Below are positions 52,240-64,000 of a stretch of DNA of 64,000 nt, one piece after another. The notes beneath the pieces were generated by a model that had not been told where the DNA came from, did no database searches, and was given only the letters and a program-made list of their open reading frames with translations. Within the stretch, counting starts at the first letter, position 1. Each line of letters starts with the position of its first letter. The DNA is taken from NCBI GenBank assembly GCA_963806975.1, contig CAWEAK010000022.1, positions 513 to 64,512 of the forward strand, written 5' to 3'. A program made the translations under genes and the position numbers. The DNA is from an uncultured Spirochaetota bacterium (GTDB lineage Bacteria > Spirochaetota > Brevinematia > Brevinematales > JAOACQ01).

Positions 52240-53208
52240 TCAGTCCACAGGCAGGACACGGATGCTTTCATCCACCTTTTCATTAAGGTAGTTTTGAATT
52301 GCATAAAGGGTGCCTGTTTTAGCGGAAGGGCATCCCCTGCAAGCCCCAATATAGTTGATATACACATTAGACAACCCTTCAGCATCCTTAATATCGACTA
52401 TTTCAAGGCTTCCGCCGTCATTTGCCAGCATCGGGCGTATTTCATCATCAAGAATCTTCTCAACAGCCTTGAGCTTCTGAACCAGGCTCATAGACTTGAA
52501 ATCTTTTGCCGTAACGTTCTTTTGAACCAAATCTTTTTCCATATCTGCTCTTACCTCTTTTAATATATCTATCAGATAATATTTTCTCTCTTCATGCCCG
52601 CCAGGGCGAATACAGGACTTGCAGAAAGCCCCTGCTTTTGTGTATCTTGTTATATCTTCAACGGTCATGAGGTTGTTAATTCTTATAACATCTTTTATCG
52701 TACCAAGTGATACCCTCGCGCATTCGCATACAATCTCTTCATTCTCAAAGTGCGACATATCGACACCCTTATATATTGAAGCCGCTTTCTTTATAACATC
52801 GTAAGCCATAACGCTGCAGTGCATCTTCTGCGGCGGTATCGACGGTTCATCATCGGTGTCGCGCATAGCCCTCTCAACATCTATATTGGTTATCTTCACA
52901 GCCTCATCTACAGTTTTTCCGATGCACATATCTGCCATAGTATCGCTTGAAGCTATAGCAGTGCCGCAGCCGAAAGACTTAAATTTAGCCCTGAGAATTT
53001 TATTTGTAGCCGGGTCGACAGCCCAGTAAAGCCTTACCGCGTCGCCGCAAGCCTCGGCGCCCCAATCCGCGACAACAAGCTTTGCTCCCATCGATTTCGC
53101 TTCTTCTTCGGTAATTTCTCCGCGGTTAACAGGATTATTCATCCTTTCGCTCACTTTATCTGAATATTGCTCCCAGAGCGCGCCGCCTATTAAATCGTTC
53201 TTTGCCAT
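52240..53208 (-). CDS. nifU: Three-domain NifU Fe-S scaffold
   Basis: ACGD, FGCGTAIAS, KMHCS; CEC...GAFCKSC; DGGSLE...GACRGC. Confidence 0.93.
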   Translation of the reverse strand: MAKNDLIGGALWEQYSDKVSERMNNPVNRGEITEEEAKSMGAKLVVADWGAEACGDAVRLYWAVDPATNKILRAKFKSFGCGTAIASSDTMADMCIGKTVDEAVKITNIDVERAMRDTDDEPSIPPQKMHCSVMAYDVIKKAASIYKGVDMSHFENEEIVCECARVSLGTIKDVIRINNLMTVEDITRYTKAGAFCKSCIRPGGHEERKYYLIDILKEVRADMEKDLVQKNVTAKDFKSMSLVQKLKAVEKILDDEIRPMLANDGGSLEIVDIKDAEGLSNVYINYIGACRGCPSAKTGTLYAIQNYLNEKVDESIRVLPVD

Positions 53209-53233
53209 ATCTTTTCCTGCCTTAAAATCGCAA

Positions 53234-54415
<1,182 letters not shown>

Positions 54416-54427
54416 TTAATTAAATAT

Positions 54428-54886
54428 TCATGAAACCTGCTTTGTTTTTCTTCCGCAGGAACATGGCTGATGGCTTAAAGAATAAATATCGTTCATAACC
54501 GATTTCAATGTATAACCTTTTAACTGCATCAGCATGCTGTTTTCTGCCCTTGAAAATACGGATGTCAGGACTTCACCGATATTACTGTCAACAGGACATG
54601 ATGATGAATCCGGCGCTTTACAGCGAATTTTCAATATATTAGGTTCTGTCAGGGAATAAATCTTATCCAGTGTAATTTTAGCCGGGTCTTTTGCAAGAGT
54701 AAACCCGCCATTCAGACCTTCCCGTGAACTGATATAACCGGATTTTTTTAATAAGCCCAGCGCCTTTCTTACTCTTACAGGATGTATCGAAAGCTGGCTT
54801 GCAATCCGTCCGCTCGTTAAAACGGAAGCAGGGTCACATGCCAATAATAAGAGGCAATGAGTCGCAACATAAAACTCGCTGTTCAC
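54428..54886 (-). CDS. Rrf2 family regulator
   Basis: HPVRVRKAL, GLNGGFTLA, CPV; GTG start. Confidence 0.88.
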   Translation of the reverse strand: MNSEFYVATHCLLLLACDPASVLTSGRIASQLSIHPVRVRKALGLLKKSGYISSREGLNGGFTLAKDPAKITLDKIYSLTEPNILKIRCKAPDSSSCPVDSNIGEVLTSVFSRAENSMLMQLKGYTLKSVMNDIYSLSHQPCSCGRKTKQVS

Positions 54887-54907
54887 TACTTTTTATTCTC
54901 CTTTGAT

Positions 54908-54942
54908 ACTGTAATTATAATTTATACAGTTCAGAAAGTCAA
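54908..54942 (-). promoter_or_regulatory. rrf2-nifSU promoter with palindromic box
   Basis: TTGACT-N17-TATAAT on minus strand; actgta-N11-tacagt at 54908-54930. Confidence 0.65.
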
Positions 54943-55005
54943 GAATAAGTGCTTTTTTGCATCTCATCAATGATATTTTCTAATGATTGCAGGTTAGCTG
55001 TTTCC

Positions 55006-56730
55006 TTAATCATGACTTTCATGGTATTTCTCATTTACTTTAGTGAAATCTATCTTTATCATATCAATCTTTTCGGAGTATTCTGATAGGAAGCTATGGA
55101 TAAACGGTATTTTATCTATTAATAGTCTTTTCTTCTTTTCTTCATCATCTCTGAAGCTATAATTAGATTTAAAGCCGGGGCTATTCCACACTTTTAGAAG
55201 CGAGTCTAAAGTTTTACTTAACTCTGAAGTGGTATTTATTGTATTTAAAATATAAACATATAACCCCTCAATACTTTTTGAGAAATCAGTAAAAATCATC
55301 TCTATTCCCTTGATAATATTCTCAATTTCTTTTGATTTCATTATAATATCATTGATGCTGTCCGCAATTGACTGCGCTTCATTAAAAGTTAAATTTGCGA
55401 TATTCCTGATTTCTTCCGCAAGCACACTAAATCCTTTGCCTTTAATGCCGGCATGAAAGGCCTCTATTGCGGCATTAATCGATAGCATTTTTGTTTCATC
55501 AGAGATTTCATTTATTATGTCTACAATAAAATAAACCTTTTCTGTCGACTTCTGGATAATTTTCAGAACTTTTAAGTTGCTATCTATCAGTGCCTTACCA
55601 TCTTCTATATTGGATATGAGATAATGAATGTTTTGAGCTATTTCCGAACTGTTTTTTGCTATACTGTTAACTTCAACCGATAGATCTTTCCAGACATCCT
55701 GAAGAGATACAATATCCTTATTCTGAATTTCCACTCCGGTTGAAAAATTATTTAATAATTTTTCATATTCACCGATTAATTGATCAAGTCTTTCAGATCC
55801 ATTTACCGCTTCCGATATGTTGAATGAAATATCCTGGAATGATCTTTCCTGAATTTCCAATTCGGATTCGAGACTTTTATTCATCCTGTTCCTGTCTGAA
55901 AAATATTCTGAAATAAACGGAATTATTCCTTTTATTTTTTGGAAAGCTTCTAAATACGATTTATTTATTTCGTCAGCTTTGTTAAGTATTTCAATATTTT
56001 CCTTCTTAATCCTGAGCAGATAAAACATCGTCCGGATTCCAAAAACAGAACTTGAGAACATTAATCCTGTTAACAGGGAATATTCAAAAAGAAAAAAGCG
56101 AAATAAAGCCAGTTTATTGATAATTTCTAAAATTAAAAAAATCAAAAGAATAATTATAGAAATCTTTACTATTCTTTTTTGATCTATATTGTTTTTTAAT
56201 TTTAGTAAAAAATATAGTTTGAAAATAATGATAATAAATAATAAAACAGAGATAAAAAAAGCCTGATAGGTTCCCAATGCTGTGATAACTATTTTTCCAA
56301 AAAAACCCTTCAAATATACCGGTTGACCTACAATAAAATACGGAGTAAAGAAGGAAGCAGCCGAGACAGCGATTAGTAATGTTGTCGAAGCAATAAGCTG
56401 TATTATAACCTGTTTTTTCTTATAAAGACCCAGCATAATGCAATAATTAAAGAAAAATATAAAGGCAATATAAGTCATAATGTTAGTAAATTGGCAAAGC
56501 TGCCTTATAATATTGAAATCAATCTGGAAAATATTTATTAAAGATAGAAATAAATTGCCTGCTGCCGAGGCTGTTAATGAAACTGAGAGTAATCTTAACT
56601 CTTTAGAATGATCTTTTGATACAGTCCTTCCGGTATATGAAAAAACAAAAAGGAAAATGGCAAAAAGGAGGCAAAAGATAAAAGATATATTAAAATACAG
56701 GAATTCTATTTTAAAAATACTTTCGTTCAA
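55006..56730 (-). CDS. Methyl-accepting chemotaxis protein with multi-TM N-terminus
   Basis: TKMLSINAAIEAFHAG..GKGFSVLAEEIRNIA hairpin-tip motif. Confidence 0.85.
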   Translation of the reverse strand: MNESIFKIEFLYFNISFIFCLLFAIFLFVFSYTGRTVSKDHSKELRLLSVSLTASAAGNLFLSLINIFQIDFNIIRQLCQFTNIMTYIAFIFFFNYCIMLGLYKKKQVIIQLIASTTLLIAVSAASFFTPYFIVGQPVYLKGFFGKIVITALGTYQAFFISVLLFIIIIFKLYFLLKLKNNIDQKRIVKISIIILLIFLILEIINKLALFRFFLFEYSLLTGLMFSSSVFGIRTMFYLLRIKKENIEILNKADEINKSYLEAFQKIKGIIPFISEYFSDRNRMNKSLESELEIQERSFQDISFNISEAVNGSERLDQLIGEYEKLLNNFSTGVEIQNKDIVSLQDVWKDLSVEVNSIAKNSSEIAQNIHYLISNIEDGKALIDSNLKVLKIIQKSTEKVYFIVDIINEISDETKMLSINAAIEAFHAGIKGKGFSVLAEEIRNIANLTFNEAQSIADSINDIIMKSKEIENIIKGIEMIFTDFSKSIEGLYVYILNTINTTSELSKTLDSLLKVWNSPGFKSNYSFRDDEEKKKRLLIDKIPFIHSFLSEYSEKIDMIKIDFTKVNEKYHESHD

Positions 56731-56731
56731 T

Positions 56732-57484
56732 CTAAATTCCTTTAACCCATTTTGATTCTATAAGGCATAATTCATTATCGGAAGAGTCTGAAATTTTATG
56801 GAAGCATTTTATCATGTTATTTTGATTTTCAATCTCAATCTGAGAATTTATCTTTTCTCCATATTTTGTTTCCTTTTTATAACTTGTTTTAAGGTTTTTC
56901 AGGTTGTAATTACAAATAATTTCTGTCGGAATTAATTCAACCGCCCATTCTATGTATTTTACATTATTGACATGATTGTTTGTATCAATATCGCTTTGCC
57001 TGACATAGAATTCCTTTTTATCATCGATTTTAACGGGGGGTTGAAGTTTATCCAAATCCGGTAAATCTTCGATGCCCTCATCAACACCATAGGTTTTGCA
57101 CATACCATCTGAAATTCTTGACGGTCTTTTCTTTTCCATATCAATCAATATCCATATAGAATCGGCTGTTACTATTTTTTCACCCTGCCGGTCAAATATT
57201 TCATACTTCCTGTAGCCGTAAAATTTCTTCATGGCATAAGGATATGTCCTTACTTTTATTTTATCCCTGTATAAAGGCAACCGTTCTATAGAAATATCCC
57301 ACTGACAAAGCACCCAGGCAAGCCTGTTCTTCTGAAAAAAATCCAGGTCAAATCCGATCTGTTCACTCTGATAGAGGACGACATCATCGAAATAATTGAT
57401 AAGCCTTGGGACAAAGGCTTTCCGCCGGTTATCGGCGTCAAAATAATGTATTTCATACTCTTTATCGGTAATAACTGGCGGCAT
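56732..57484 (-). CDS. Acyl-ACP thioesterase
   Basis: WVL, DIDTNNHVNNVKYIEW. Confidence 0.9.
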   Translation of the reverse strand: MPPVITDKEYEIHYFDADNRRKAFVPRLINYFDDVVLYQSEQIGFDLDFFQKNRLAWVLCQWDISIERLPLYRDKIKVRTYPYAMKKFYGYRKYEIFDRQGEKIVTADSIWILIDMEKKRPSRISDGMCKTYGVDEGIEDLPDLDKLQPPVKIDDKKEFYVRQSDIDTNNHVNNVKYIEWAVELIPTEIICNYNLKNLKTSYKKETKYGEKINSQIEIENQNNMIKCFHKISDSSDNELCLIESKWVKGI

Positions 57485-57725
57485 TATGCGCTCCTTAAAA
57501 TATTTCTGCTTCTAATATTATCATTTCTCTCAAAATTCGTCAATATGATTATCAAATGCATTGATAATTTTGAAAGCCTCATTGTCTCGTTTTTTGGGAA
57601 TAAAGCCCTAAATTTGATTTTTCTTAAATAAGCAAATAAACTATCTTCACTTCAAGCTGCTGCGACAATGTTGCAAAGATACTATGAATTCAGAATAGTA
57701 GAAAGTCGACTTGAAGTAGAGTAGT

Positions 57726-57774
57726 AAACCGGATCAAGCAGCTTGTCCTGAGAGTAATGAGGAGTACGCTTGTT
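57726..57774 (+). repeat. Dispersed repeat copy
   Basis: aaaccggatcaagcagcttgtcctgagag...gtacgcttgtt. Confidence 0.8.
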
Positions 57775-57801
57775 TATATTTTACAATACACGGCGGTTTA
57801 T

Positions 57802-58470
57802 ATGACTAAATTCACATCAGTAGATATTGTTGTAAAAATGCTCCATATCCTTAAAAAAGAATACCCTTCATGGCATGCCCCGATAGTTACATACGTGAAA
57901 AACTCAAGGGGAACACCTTATAAAATACTTATTTCAACTATTATTAGCCTGCGTACAAAGGATGAAACCACTGCGGGTGCAGTTCTGCGTCTTTTTGAAA
58001 AGTTAAAAACGCCTGAAGAAATGCTTAATTTAACCGAAAAAGAAATTGAAAAGCTGATCTATCCTGCGGGTTTTTATAAAACAAAGGCTAAGAGAATTCT
58101 GGAAATATCCCGGATACTGGTATCTCAATATAAATCCGAGGTTCCAGATAGTCTTGAGGAGCTTTTAAAACTTCCGGGTGTGGGGAGAAAGACGGCAAAT
58201 TTAGTAGTAACCCTGGGTTACGGAAAACCCGGCATCTGCGTTGACACTCATGTTCACAGAATATCAAACCGCTGGGGATTTGTGGAGACAAAAACGCCTG
58301 AAAAAACCGAATTTGCATTAAGAGAAAAACTCCCGCCTGAATGGTGGATTGAGTATAACGACATCCTTGTGGCTTTCGGACAGACGCTATGCCGTCCGAT
58401 CTCTCCTTTTTGCTCTAAATGCCCTGTCGGCAATTTCTGCCCTAAAATAGGAGTCTTGAAAAGCAGATAA
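57802..58470 (+). CDS. nth: Endonuclease III
   Basis: [11 protein letters not shown]h[29 protein letters not shown]. Confidence 0.95.
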   Translation: MTKFTSVDIVVKMLHILKKEYPSWHAPIVTYVKNSRGTPYKILISTIISLRTKDETTAGAVLRLFEKLKTPEEMLNLTEKEIEKLIYPAGFYKTKAKRILEISRILVSQYKSEVPDSLEELLKLPGVGRKTANLVVTLGYGKPGICVDTHVHRISNRWGFVETKTPEKTEFALREKLPPEWWIEYNDILVAFGQTLCRPISPFCSKCPVGNFCPKIGVLKSR

Positions 58471-58530
58471 ATATTGTTTTTAAAAAAAATATGTTAAAAT
58501 ATATTTAAGAAAGTTTTAAGAGGAACATGT

Positions 58531-59994
58531 ATGATAAAATTAAACAGATATTTTTGCTTATTTTATTTTCTGCTTATTACTCTTACAGCTTTTTTATCAT
58601 TGAATGGCTGTAATCAAATCAGTCCTTCCAGTAGTTCAGGAAGTGGTGGCGGCAGCAGCGGAGGAGGAGGAGTGACTTCACTTGGGACAAAAATTTTCTT
58701 AGCTGTAAATATGACAACTGATGAATATTATCAATTAACCGCTCAGCTTCTTTATTCCGGCGCTCATTGTGAAATTTATGTAGACAACAATTCGGTAAAA
58801 TATGTGACTTCTCAGCAAATCAATAACGCTGGCCAGGAATTTGACACAAATACATTTAGTCTGGATACAGGTATTTATGGAAGTGGACCGGATGTGGACA
58901 ACAATGGGAAGGTGACTATCCTCATTTATAATATACCCGGAGGAAATCTGGGAACAAGCTATATTGCCGGCTTTTTTGATCCTCAACAGGAATATAGCGG
59001 TTATAACGGCAAAGACATGCTATATATGAATATTGTTCCTACAATATCAGGTACAACCCCGGGTGTTGAAACTTTTAATCAAACGATAGCGCATGAATTT
59101 CAGCACATGATTAATTATTACCAGAGAGTAATGGTGAAAAATTATTCTGAAGAAGATACATGGATTAATGAAGGCCTTTCAGTTTCCGCCGAAGGCCTGT
59201 ATGAAATAAGCAAAGGTATTTCACCCGGTCTGGATGATAGAGTAACTTACTACAATATCAGCAAATATAATAGCTTATATATAGCACAGGGCACTAATTT
59301 TGTTTCATGGGCCGATCTTTACGATAATTATGTGACGGATTTTCTTTTCTTCCAGTGGATTCGTATTCAGTCAGGAGGAACATCAACACAGATAAACGGG
59401 ACAAATATTTTAAGAACAATAAGGGATAATATTAATCCCGATTATACCGCAGTAGTCTCAGCCGTAAATAATAATATTTCCGTTTTATCTTCTGCTGATT
59501 GGAAAACAATTCTGGGCGACTGGTTCATAGCGAATGCTATATGTTCAAACACAGGAATATATGGTTATAATGGCATTATATCGGTTAAGCCGACTATGTA
59601 CACCCATAATTCCGCTAATCTTGCCCCCGGTTGTGGAGTATATTTAAAGAATTCATTGGGTATGTATTCGACAAATTATTCCGGTAATATTTCTTTTGCG
59701 GGAATAAACACTACAAATGGAGTAGTTTATACAAACTCCTCCTATACTGGTAATATTCTGCTTGCTTATAACTATGATGGGACAACTAATGGAAATAGCA
59801 GTACCGCAAACGGTTTACCGAACGCAAACATTGTTTCTGACTCAAAAGAGAATATTAACGGCGTACAATCCTTTGATAAGGTTATGTTAAGCGGGCCATT
59901 CCCTGTTGATTTCATCGTAGGCCGGAATGGAAAAAATACCCTAGACCAGAAGTCTATAAAAAATCAGACCAGCAGCCGGATCAATCAGCATTAA
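58531..59994 (+). CDS. Lipoprotein zinc metallopeptidase (M30-like)
   Basis: Lipobox LNGC, Ser/Gly linker, AHEFQHMI, WINEGLS. Confidence 0.78.
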   Translation: MIKLNRYFCLFYFLLITLTAFLSLNGCNQISPSSSSGSGGGSSGGGGVTSLGTKIFLAVNMTTDEYYQLTAQLLYSGAHCEIYVDNNSVKYVTSQQINNAGQEFDTNTFSLDTGIYGSGPDVDNNGKVTILIYNIPGGNLGTSYIAGFFDPQQEYSGYNGKDMLYMNIVPTISGTTPGVETFNQTIAHEFQHMINYYQRVMVKNYSEEDTWINEGLSVSAEGLYEISKGISPGLDDRVTYYNISKYNSLYIAQGTNFVSWADLYDNYVTDFLFFQWIRIQSGGTSTQINGTNILRTIRDNINPDYTAVVSAVNNNISVLSSADWKTILGDWFIANAICSNTGIYGYNGIISVKPTMYTHNSANLAPGCGVYLKNSLGMYSTNYSGNISFAGINTTNGVVYTNSSYTGNILLAYNYDGTTNGNSSTANGLPNANIVSDSKENINGVQSFDKVMLSGPFPVDFIVGRNGKNTLDQKSIKNQTSSRINQH

Positions 59995-60009
59995 GACTTG
60001 GGGATTATT

Positions 60010-60362
60010 ATGAAAAAAACTTTAATTCTCCTGATACTTCCATTACTTTTGTTGGGATGGGCAATAAACCCGCAAAGCTGGCTAACTTGAAAAATGGGCA
60101 GAAAATGGATGTTCAGGGAGTTGTGCGTTTGGTCGGCAGCGAACCGGTTACCCGCCTTGTTGTTTCAACTACAAATGGAATTGATTTCTATCTTCCCAAT
60201 GAAGAAAAAAAGATAGATAGTAGATTTGTCGGAAAGATTGTCAGAGCTCAGGGTGACTTGTTTATCATCAAACTGGAAACTCCCGACCATAAATATAAGA
60301 TTTACGAGGCTCATCTTTCCAATGTGATTTTGAATTCTTTTGACGAAGGAATAGCAAAATAG
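60010..60362 (+). CDS. Probable lipoprotein (frameshift at lipobox)
   Basis: MKKTLILLILPLLLLG signal out of frame with ORF 60057..60362. Confidence 0.55.
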
Positions 60363-60363
60363 A

Positions 60364-61017
60364 ATGGCATACAAAGCGGTACTTTTCGACCTTGATGGAA
60401 CGCTCCTTAATACAATCGACGACCTTGCCGATTCCATGAACAACGTGCTTAAAAAAATGGGGTTCCCTCAGCATTCGATTGAATCTTATAAGATATTTGT
60501 CGGGGATGGAATGGAGACCCTGGCAGAGCGTTCGCTTCCGGAAAATAAAAGAGATAAAAAAACCGTAATTGAATGCCTGACCGGCATGAGGGAAGAGTAC
60601 GGTAAAAATTGGGCGGTAAAAACGCGTCCATATAAAGGGATTCCTGAACTTCTTGATTTTCTTGAAAGAGCAGAAATAAAAACGGCGGTTCTTTCAAACA
60701 AACCGGATGATTTTACAATAGTTGTTGTAAAAAAATTTTTATCAAAATGGCATTTTGATATAGTCAGGGGACAAAAACATGGCAGCCCTAAGAAACCTGA
60801 CCCGACAGGTGCCCTTGAAATAGCAAATGAGCTTAAAATTTCTCCACCCGAATTCATTTATCTCGGCGATACAAATACGGATATGCGGACAGCAGTGTCA
60901 GCCGGGATGTTCCCAGTAGGAGTTCTATGGGGTTTCCGAACTACCGGAGAAATGATTGAAAGTGGAGCGAAATTATTAATAAAAAAACCGGTGGAGATAT
61001 TCCGCTTTTTCAAATAG
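60364..61017 (+). CDS. HAD hydrolase (phosphoglycolate phosphatase-like)
   Basis: FDLDGTL, LSNK, KPDP, GDTNTD. Confidence 0.9.
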   Translation: MAYKAVLFDLDGTLLNTIDDLADSMNNVLKKMGFPQHSIESYKIFVGDGMETLAERSLPENKRDKKTVIECLTGMREEYGKNWAVKTRPYKGIPELLDFLERAEIKTAVLSNKPDDFTIVVVKKFLSKWHFDIVRGQKHGSPKKPDPTGALEIANELKISPPEFIYLGDTNTDMRTAVSAGMFPVGVLWGFRTTGEMIESGAKLLIKKPVEIFRFFK

Positions 61018-61035
61018 CACTTTCACTCAATTACC

Positions 61036-61590
61036 CTAAAGAAAATGCTCCAAAAGGATTTTAAATCCTAATATAATAAGTATGAGCCCCCCTATAATTT
61101 CTATTCTTTTTTCAAAAAGATGACCGAATCTTTTTCCGATAAAAAAACCGGCTAATGAAAAAAAGAATGTTACAATTCCTATTATAAGCGCCGGCAATAT
61201 GATTAAAGAATTCAAAAACGAAAGGCTGAGCCCAACTGCAAGAGCGTCAATACTTGTAGCAATTGACAGTAAAAAAAGAGGGCCTAAATCCGTCGGGCAG
61301 CTTTTATTTTCTTTCATCCGGGTTGATTCATAAATCATTTTAGCACCTACTAAAAATAATAGCCCAAAGGCTATCAAGTAGTCGACACTTGATAGTAAAT
61401 TCCTGATTTCGAGCCCCGAAAGCCAGCCTACTAAGGGCATTAAAAACTGAAAGCCCCCAAAAAATAAAGCCATCCGCAGAATCCTGCCGAATTTTTCATT
61501 TTTTTCAGAACAACCGCTTGCTATTGATACGGCGAATGCATCCATCGATAACCCAACTGCAATCCCTATAACTGTGACTAAATCCATCAT
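61036..61590 (-). CDS. mntP: Manganese efflux pump MntP
   Basis: GLSMDAFAVS, FQFLMP, ATSIDALAVG, EIIGGLILI. Confidence 0.92.
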   Translation of the reverse strand: MMDLVTVIGIAVGLSMDAFAVSIASGCSEKNEKFGRILRMALFFGGFQFLMPLVGWLSGLEIRNLLSSVDYLIAFGLLFLVGAKMIYESTRMKENKSCPTDLGPLFLLSIATSIDALAVGLSLSFLNSLIILPALIIGIVTFFFSLAGFFIGKRFGHLFEKRIEIIGGLILIILGFKILLEHFL

Positions 61591-61728
61591 ACTCTCCAAT
61601 AAATTCAACAAACAGTATAATAAAAAAGTCTATTAATTTCAAGAACAGTTGCATCGCCCGTAAAATTAGACAAAATAAATAACCGGTAATAAAATATTAT
61701 TATTTAAAAAATTGTTGAGAGGAAAGTT

Positions 61729-62547
61729 ATGAAGCTTTTATGCCGGTTATCTTTTATATTGGGATTTATTTTTATGGGCATTAAGTTTTGTTTTCCTTTA
61801 ACAATCAGTGACATAAGTTATAATCAATATTTCCCATCATACTTGCCTTTTCAATTTATCGCAGATAAAATGGATATGTATATTATATCATCAAATACTA
61901 GTTTTGATATTTATACTAATGAGGTTATAACAATAGGGAGGGGAAAAACAAATTACAGCATTCAGGTAATAAGTAATACCATAATTACATTAACAACAAA
62001 TCTCAATTCAGATAGCGTTCAGAAGCCTCCACTGTCAGTAGGTAGGTTAGCAGGAGAAACCGCTGTTAGTCTGACTGGAGCTATTCTTCCCTGGGGAATT
62101 TTCTTTTATTTTTATACAGGCAAAACCGACCCTGTCGATAGAGCAAATATATCAATCTATACTGCTCCGGCGGTAGCCCTTTCTCTTGCCCTTTCATCGA
62201 TAGGAACATATATTATCGGCACTAGCGGTGATGAGACCGGTAAATATTTTAACGGGGCTTTAACCGGAAGCTTAAGCGGTCTTCTCGGCGGTGTTCTTGC
62301 GGGAAGTGTCGGGAGCCTTGTAGTTCTGAATTCAGATTCCATACCAAAAGATGCAAGAACAACTTATGCTGCAATGCTCTTCGCAGCTTCCGCATCGGCT
62401 TGCAAGATCATCGGTTCTATCTTGGGTTTTAACATTACACGAAGCTATAAAAAAACGGCTTTACCGGCTTTAAGTATTCAACCCGATTATTTTAACGGCA
62501 AGCTTTCATTAAAATATAGCCTTGAATTTATAGATATGTCTTTTTAA
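61729..62547 (+). CDS. Hypothetical membrane protein with Gly-rich hydrophobic helices
   Basis: 272-aa ORF with RBS; GALTGSLSGLLGGVLAGSVG. Confidence 0.65.
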   Translation: MKLLCRLSFILGFIFMGIKFCFPLTISDISYNQYFPSYLPFQFIADKMDMYIISSNTSFDIYTNEVITIGRGKTNYSIQVISNTIITLTTNLNSDSVQKPPLSVGRLAGETAVSLTGAILPWGIFFYFYTGKTDPVDRANISIYTAPAVALSLALSSIGTYIIGTSGDETGKYFNGALTGSLSGLLGGVLAGSVGSLVVLNSDSIPKDARTTYAAMLFAASASACKIIGSILGFNITRSYKKTALPALSIQPDYFNGKLSLKYSLEFIDMSF

Positions 62548-62576
62548 TAAGGAACAGCTTGGTTACGGCTAATTGA

Positions 62577-63413
62577 TTACATCGATTGATAGATTTTTTT
62601 CAGCATAAGGCAGTCTCCCTCGATATTCGGGCTTTCGCAGACAAGCACTCCGCAAACATCATAATCCTTTAACGCCTTTAAAAACTGCCTGAAATGCATA
62701 TCGCTTTCCCGTAGGATGACATGCCTCTGCTCCCCCTTCGAGGAATATTCTATTCCCGAATAATGAATATGCATATTTTTAAGCCCTATTTCTCCCAGCT
62801 TATCCTCAATGGTTTCAAATACTTCAGCAAATTCATCATAGGTATTATACCTGCCGTTTGTCCTGGCATGAAGATGGGCAAAATCAATACAGGGTAAAAT
62901 TCTTCCACCCACCTCTTGGGATAATTTTATAATCTCTTCCAGCGTGCCGAATTGTGATGTCTTTCCCATCAATTCCGGACGAATCCATAGTTTCAGAGCC
63001 TCTTTTTCGGCGATGGAAGAAATATGCTGTAAGTGTTCTTTAAGAACCGGATATACGTCCTGGGGTTTTGTCCCCATGTAATAAGCGGCATGGAAAACAA
63101 TACTGTAACCACCCGCGCTGTCTAAAATCCTTGCCGTATCAAGAATATAATCATAGCTTCTATCAACCTTACTTTTTTCACGGGCATAAAGATTGATATA
63201 ATAAGGAGCATGGGCTGTTAATATAAGTCCATAATCCCTAGCTTTTTTCCCTATTTCTCTCATCTTTGGATAATCAACGATTATTCTCTGGACATATTCA
63301 ATTTCCATTCCATCAAGATCAAGCTCTTTTATTCTCTGTAATCCATTTTCAATAGTCTTTTTCGGTTTTGCCGAGTGGGGAATCCCGGCGGTAAGAAAAT
63401 ATAACTTATCCAT
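62577..63413 (-). CDS. Endonuclease IV-like TIM-barrel protein
   Basis: HAPYYINL, PELMGK, CIDFAHLHAR, HIHYS, CESP. Confidence 0.85.
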   Translation of the reverse strand: MDKLYFLTAGIPHSAKPKKTIENGLQRIKELDLDGMEIEYVQRIIVDYPKMREIGKKARDYGLILTAHAPYYINLYAREKSKVDRSYDYILDTARILDSAGGYSIVFHAAYYMGTKPQDVYPVLKEHLQHISSIAEKEALKLWIRPELMGKTSQFGTLEEIIKLSQEVGGRILPCIDFAHLHARTNGRYNTYDEFAEVFETIEDKLGEIGLKNMHIHYSGIEYSSKGEQRHVILRESDMHFRQFLKALKDYDVCGVLVCESPNIEGDCLMLKKIYQSM

Positions 63414-63487
63414 TATTTACTTTCTGTATCATTAATAAAATTTTTGACCGTAATTTTTCCATTCACAACCCCAAAATGCTCTTTTTT

Positions 63488-64000
63488 CTATTGCCTTTTG
63501 TTTGCAACTTCAACATGAATCTTTCTTCCTTTGAATTTCGCATCCCGCATAGATTCGAGAAAGTCTTCAGCCGAGGTACTTGGAACGTTCACAAATGAAA
63601 ATTTCTCAAGAAAGGCAATATCGCCGATATTACGCCCGGATATCCCCGTCGTCTCATTAATAAAACTCAATAATTCTTTAATGCCTATATTATCCCTTTT
63701 TCCGATTGTTAGAAAAAACCGGACAAAGTCTTCTCCATCAAAATCAGACAATTCATTTTTTTCAATTTCTTCACCGGGTTTCTTTTCTGTCATCATTTTC
63801 ATCAAAGCTGCCGCTACCTCGATCGAGGTATATTCTCCAAGCATATCGGAGATCATTGTTATAAATTTATCAAGGTTACCTTCCTCGATGCTTTCTTTAA
63901 CCGAAGAAATAAATGATTGATTGCGCATATTTTCCACATCTTTAAGCGACGGAACATTTTTTCTTTCAATTTTTGTTTTGATAAATCTTTCAATATCCTT
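63488..64000 (-). CDS. deaD: DEAD-box RNA helicase C-terminus with DbpA-type RNA-binding domain (partial)
   Basis: Frame open to window edge; RFFLTIGKRD, IGDI, FSFVNVP, KGRKIHVE. Confidence 0.75.
   Translation of the reverse strand, partial: KDIERFIKTKIERKNVPSLKDVENMRNQSFISSVKESIEEGNLDKFITMISDMLGEYTSIEVAAALMKMMTEKKPGEEIEKNELSDFDGEDFVRFFLTIGKRDNIGIKELLSFINETTGISGRNIGDIAFLEKFSFVNVPSTSAEDFLESMRDAKFKGRKIHVEVANKRQ

Overview
AT-rich chromosomal segment of an anaerobic, LPS-making (lpxD), chemotactic bacterium. A spirochaete is my guess but cannot be proven from this window; yidC-mnmE suggests it lies near oriC. Housekeeping blocks: yidC-mnmE, a class III ribonucleotide reductase locus, a SAM-cycle operon (sahR-like regulator, metF, ahcY), rpmF-plsX-fabH-fabH-fabG-fabF-rnc-yicC-gmk, lpxD, ilvBNC, glgX, hisIE-rsmE, rrf2-nifS-nifU, nth, mntP and a DEAD-box helicase end. 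The main accessory region (about 27.4-43.4 kb) is a metal(loid) island. It holds a mercury-methylation operon (MarR-hgcA-unknown membrane protein-hgcB; hgcB is missing from the ORF track), a two-gene glutathione synthetase, three ArsR regulators, a B12-radical SAM enzyme, a SAM methyltransferase, a Met-rich protein and an ars operon (acr3, arsP, two arsC). Other signals outside the ORF track: a separate 52-aa gene carrying the NrdD glycyl-radical loop; a three-hairpin minus-strand sRNA candidate at about 50.5 kb complementary (22 of 23 nt) to the nrdD ribosome-binding site; a strand-biased dispersed repeat (7 copies); and a palindromic MITE with a target-site duplication. About 20 genes, including essential ones, carry single-base frameshifts, most likely long-read assembly errors. 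No rRNA, tRNA, CRISPR array or transposase was seen.
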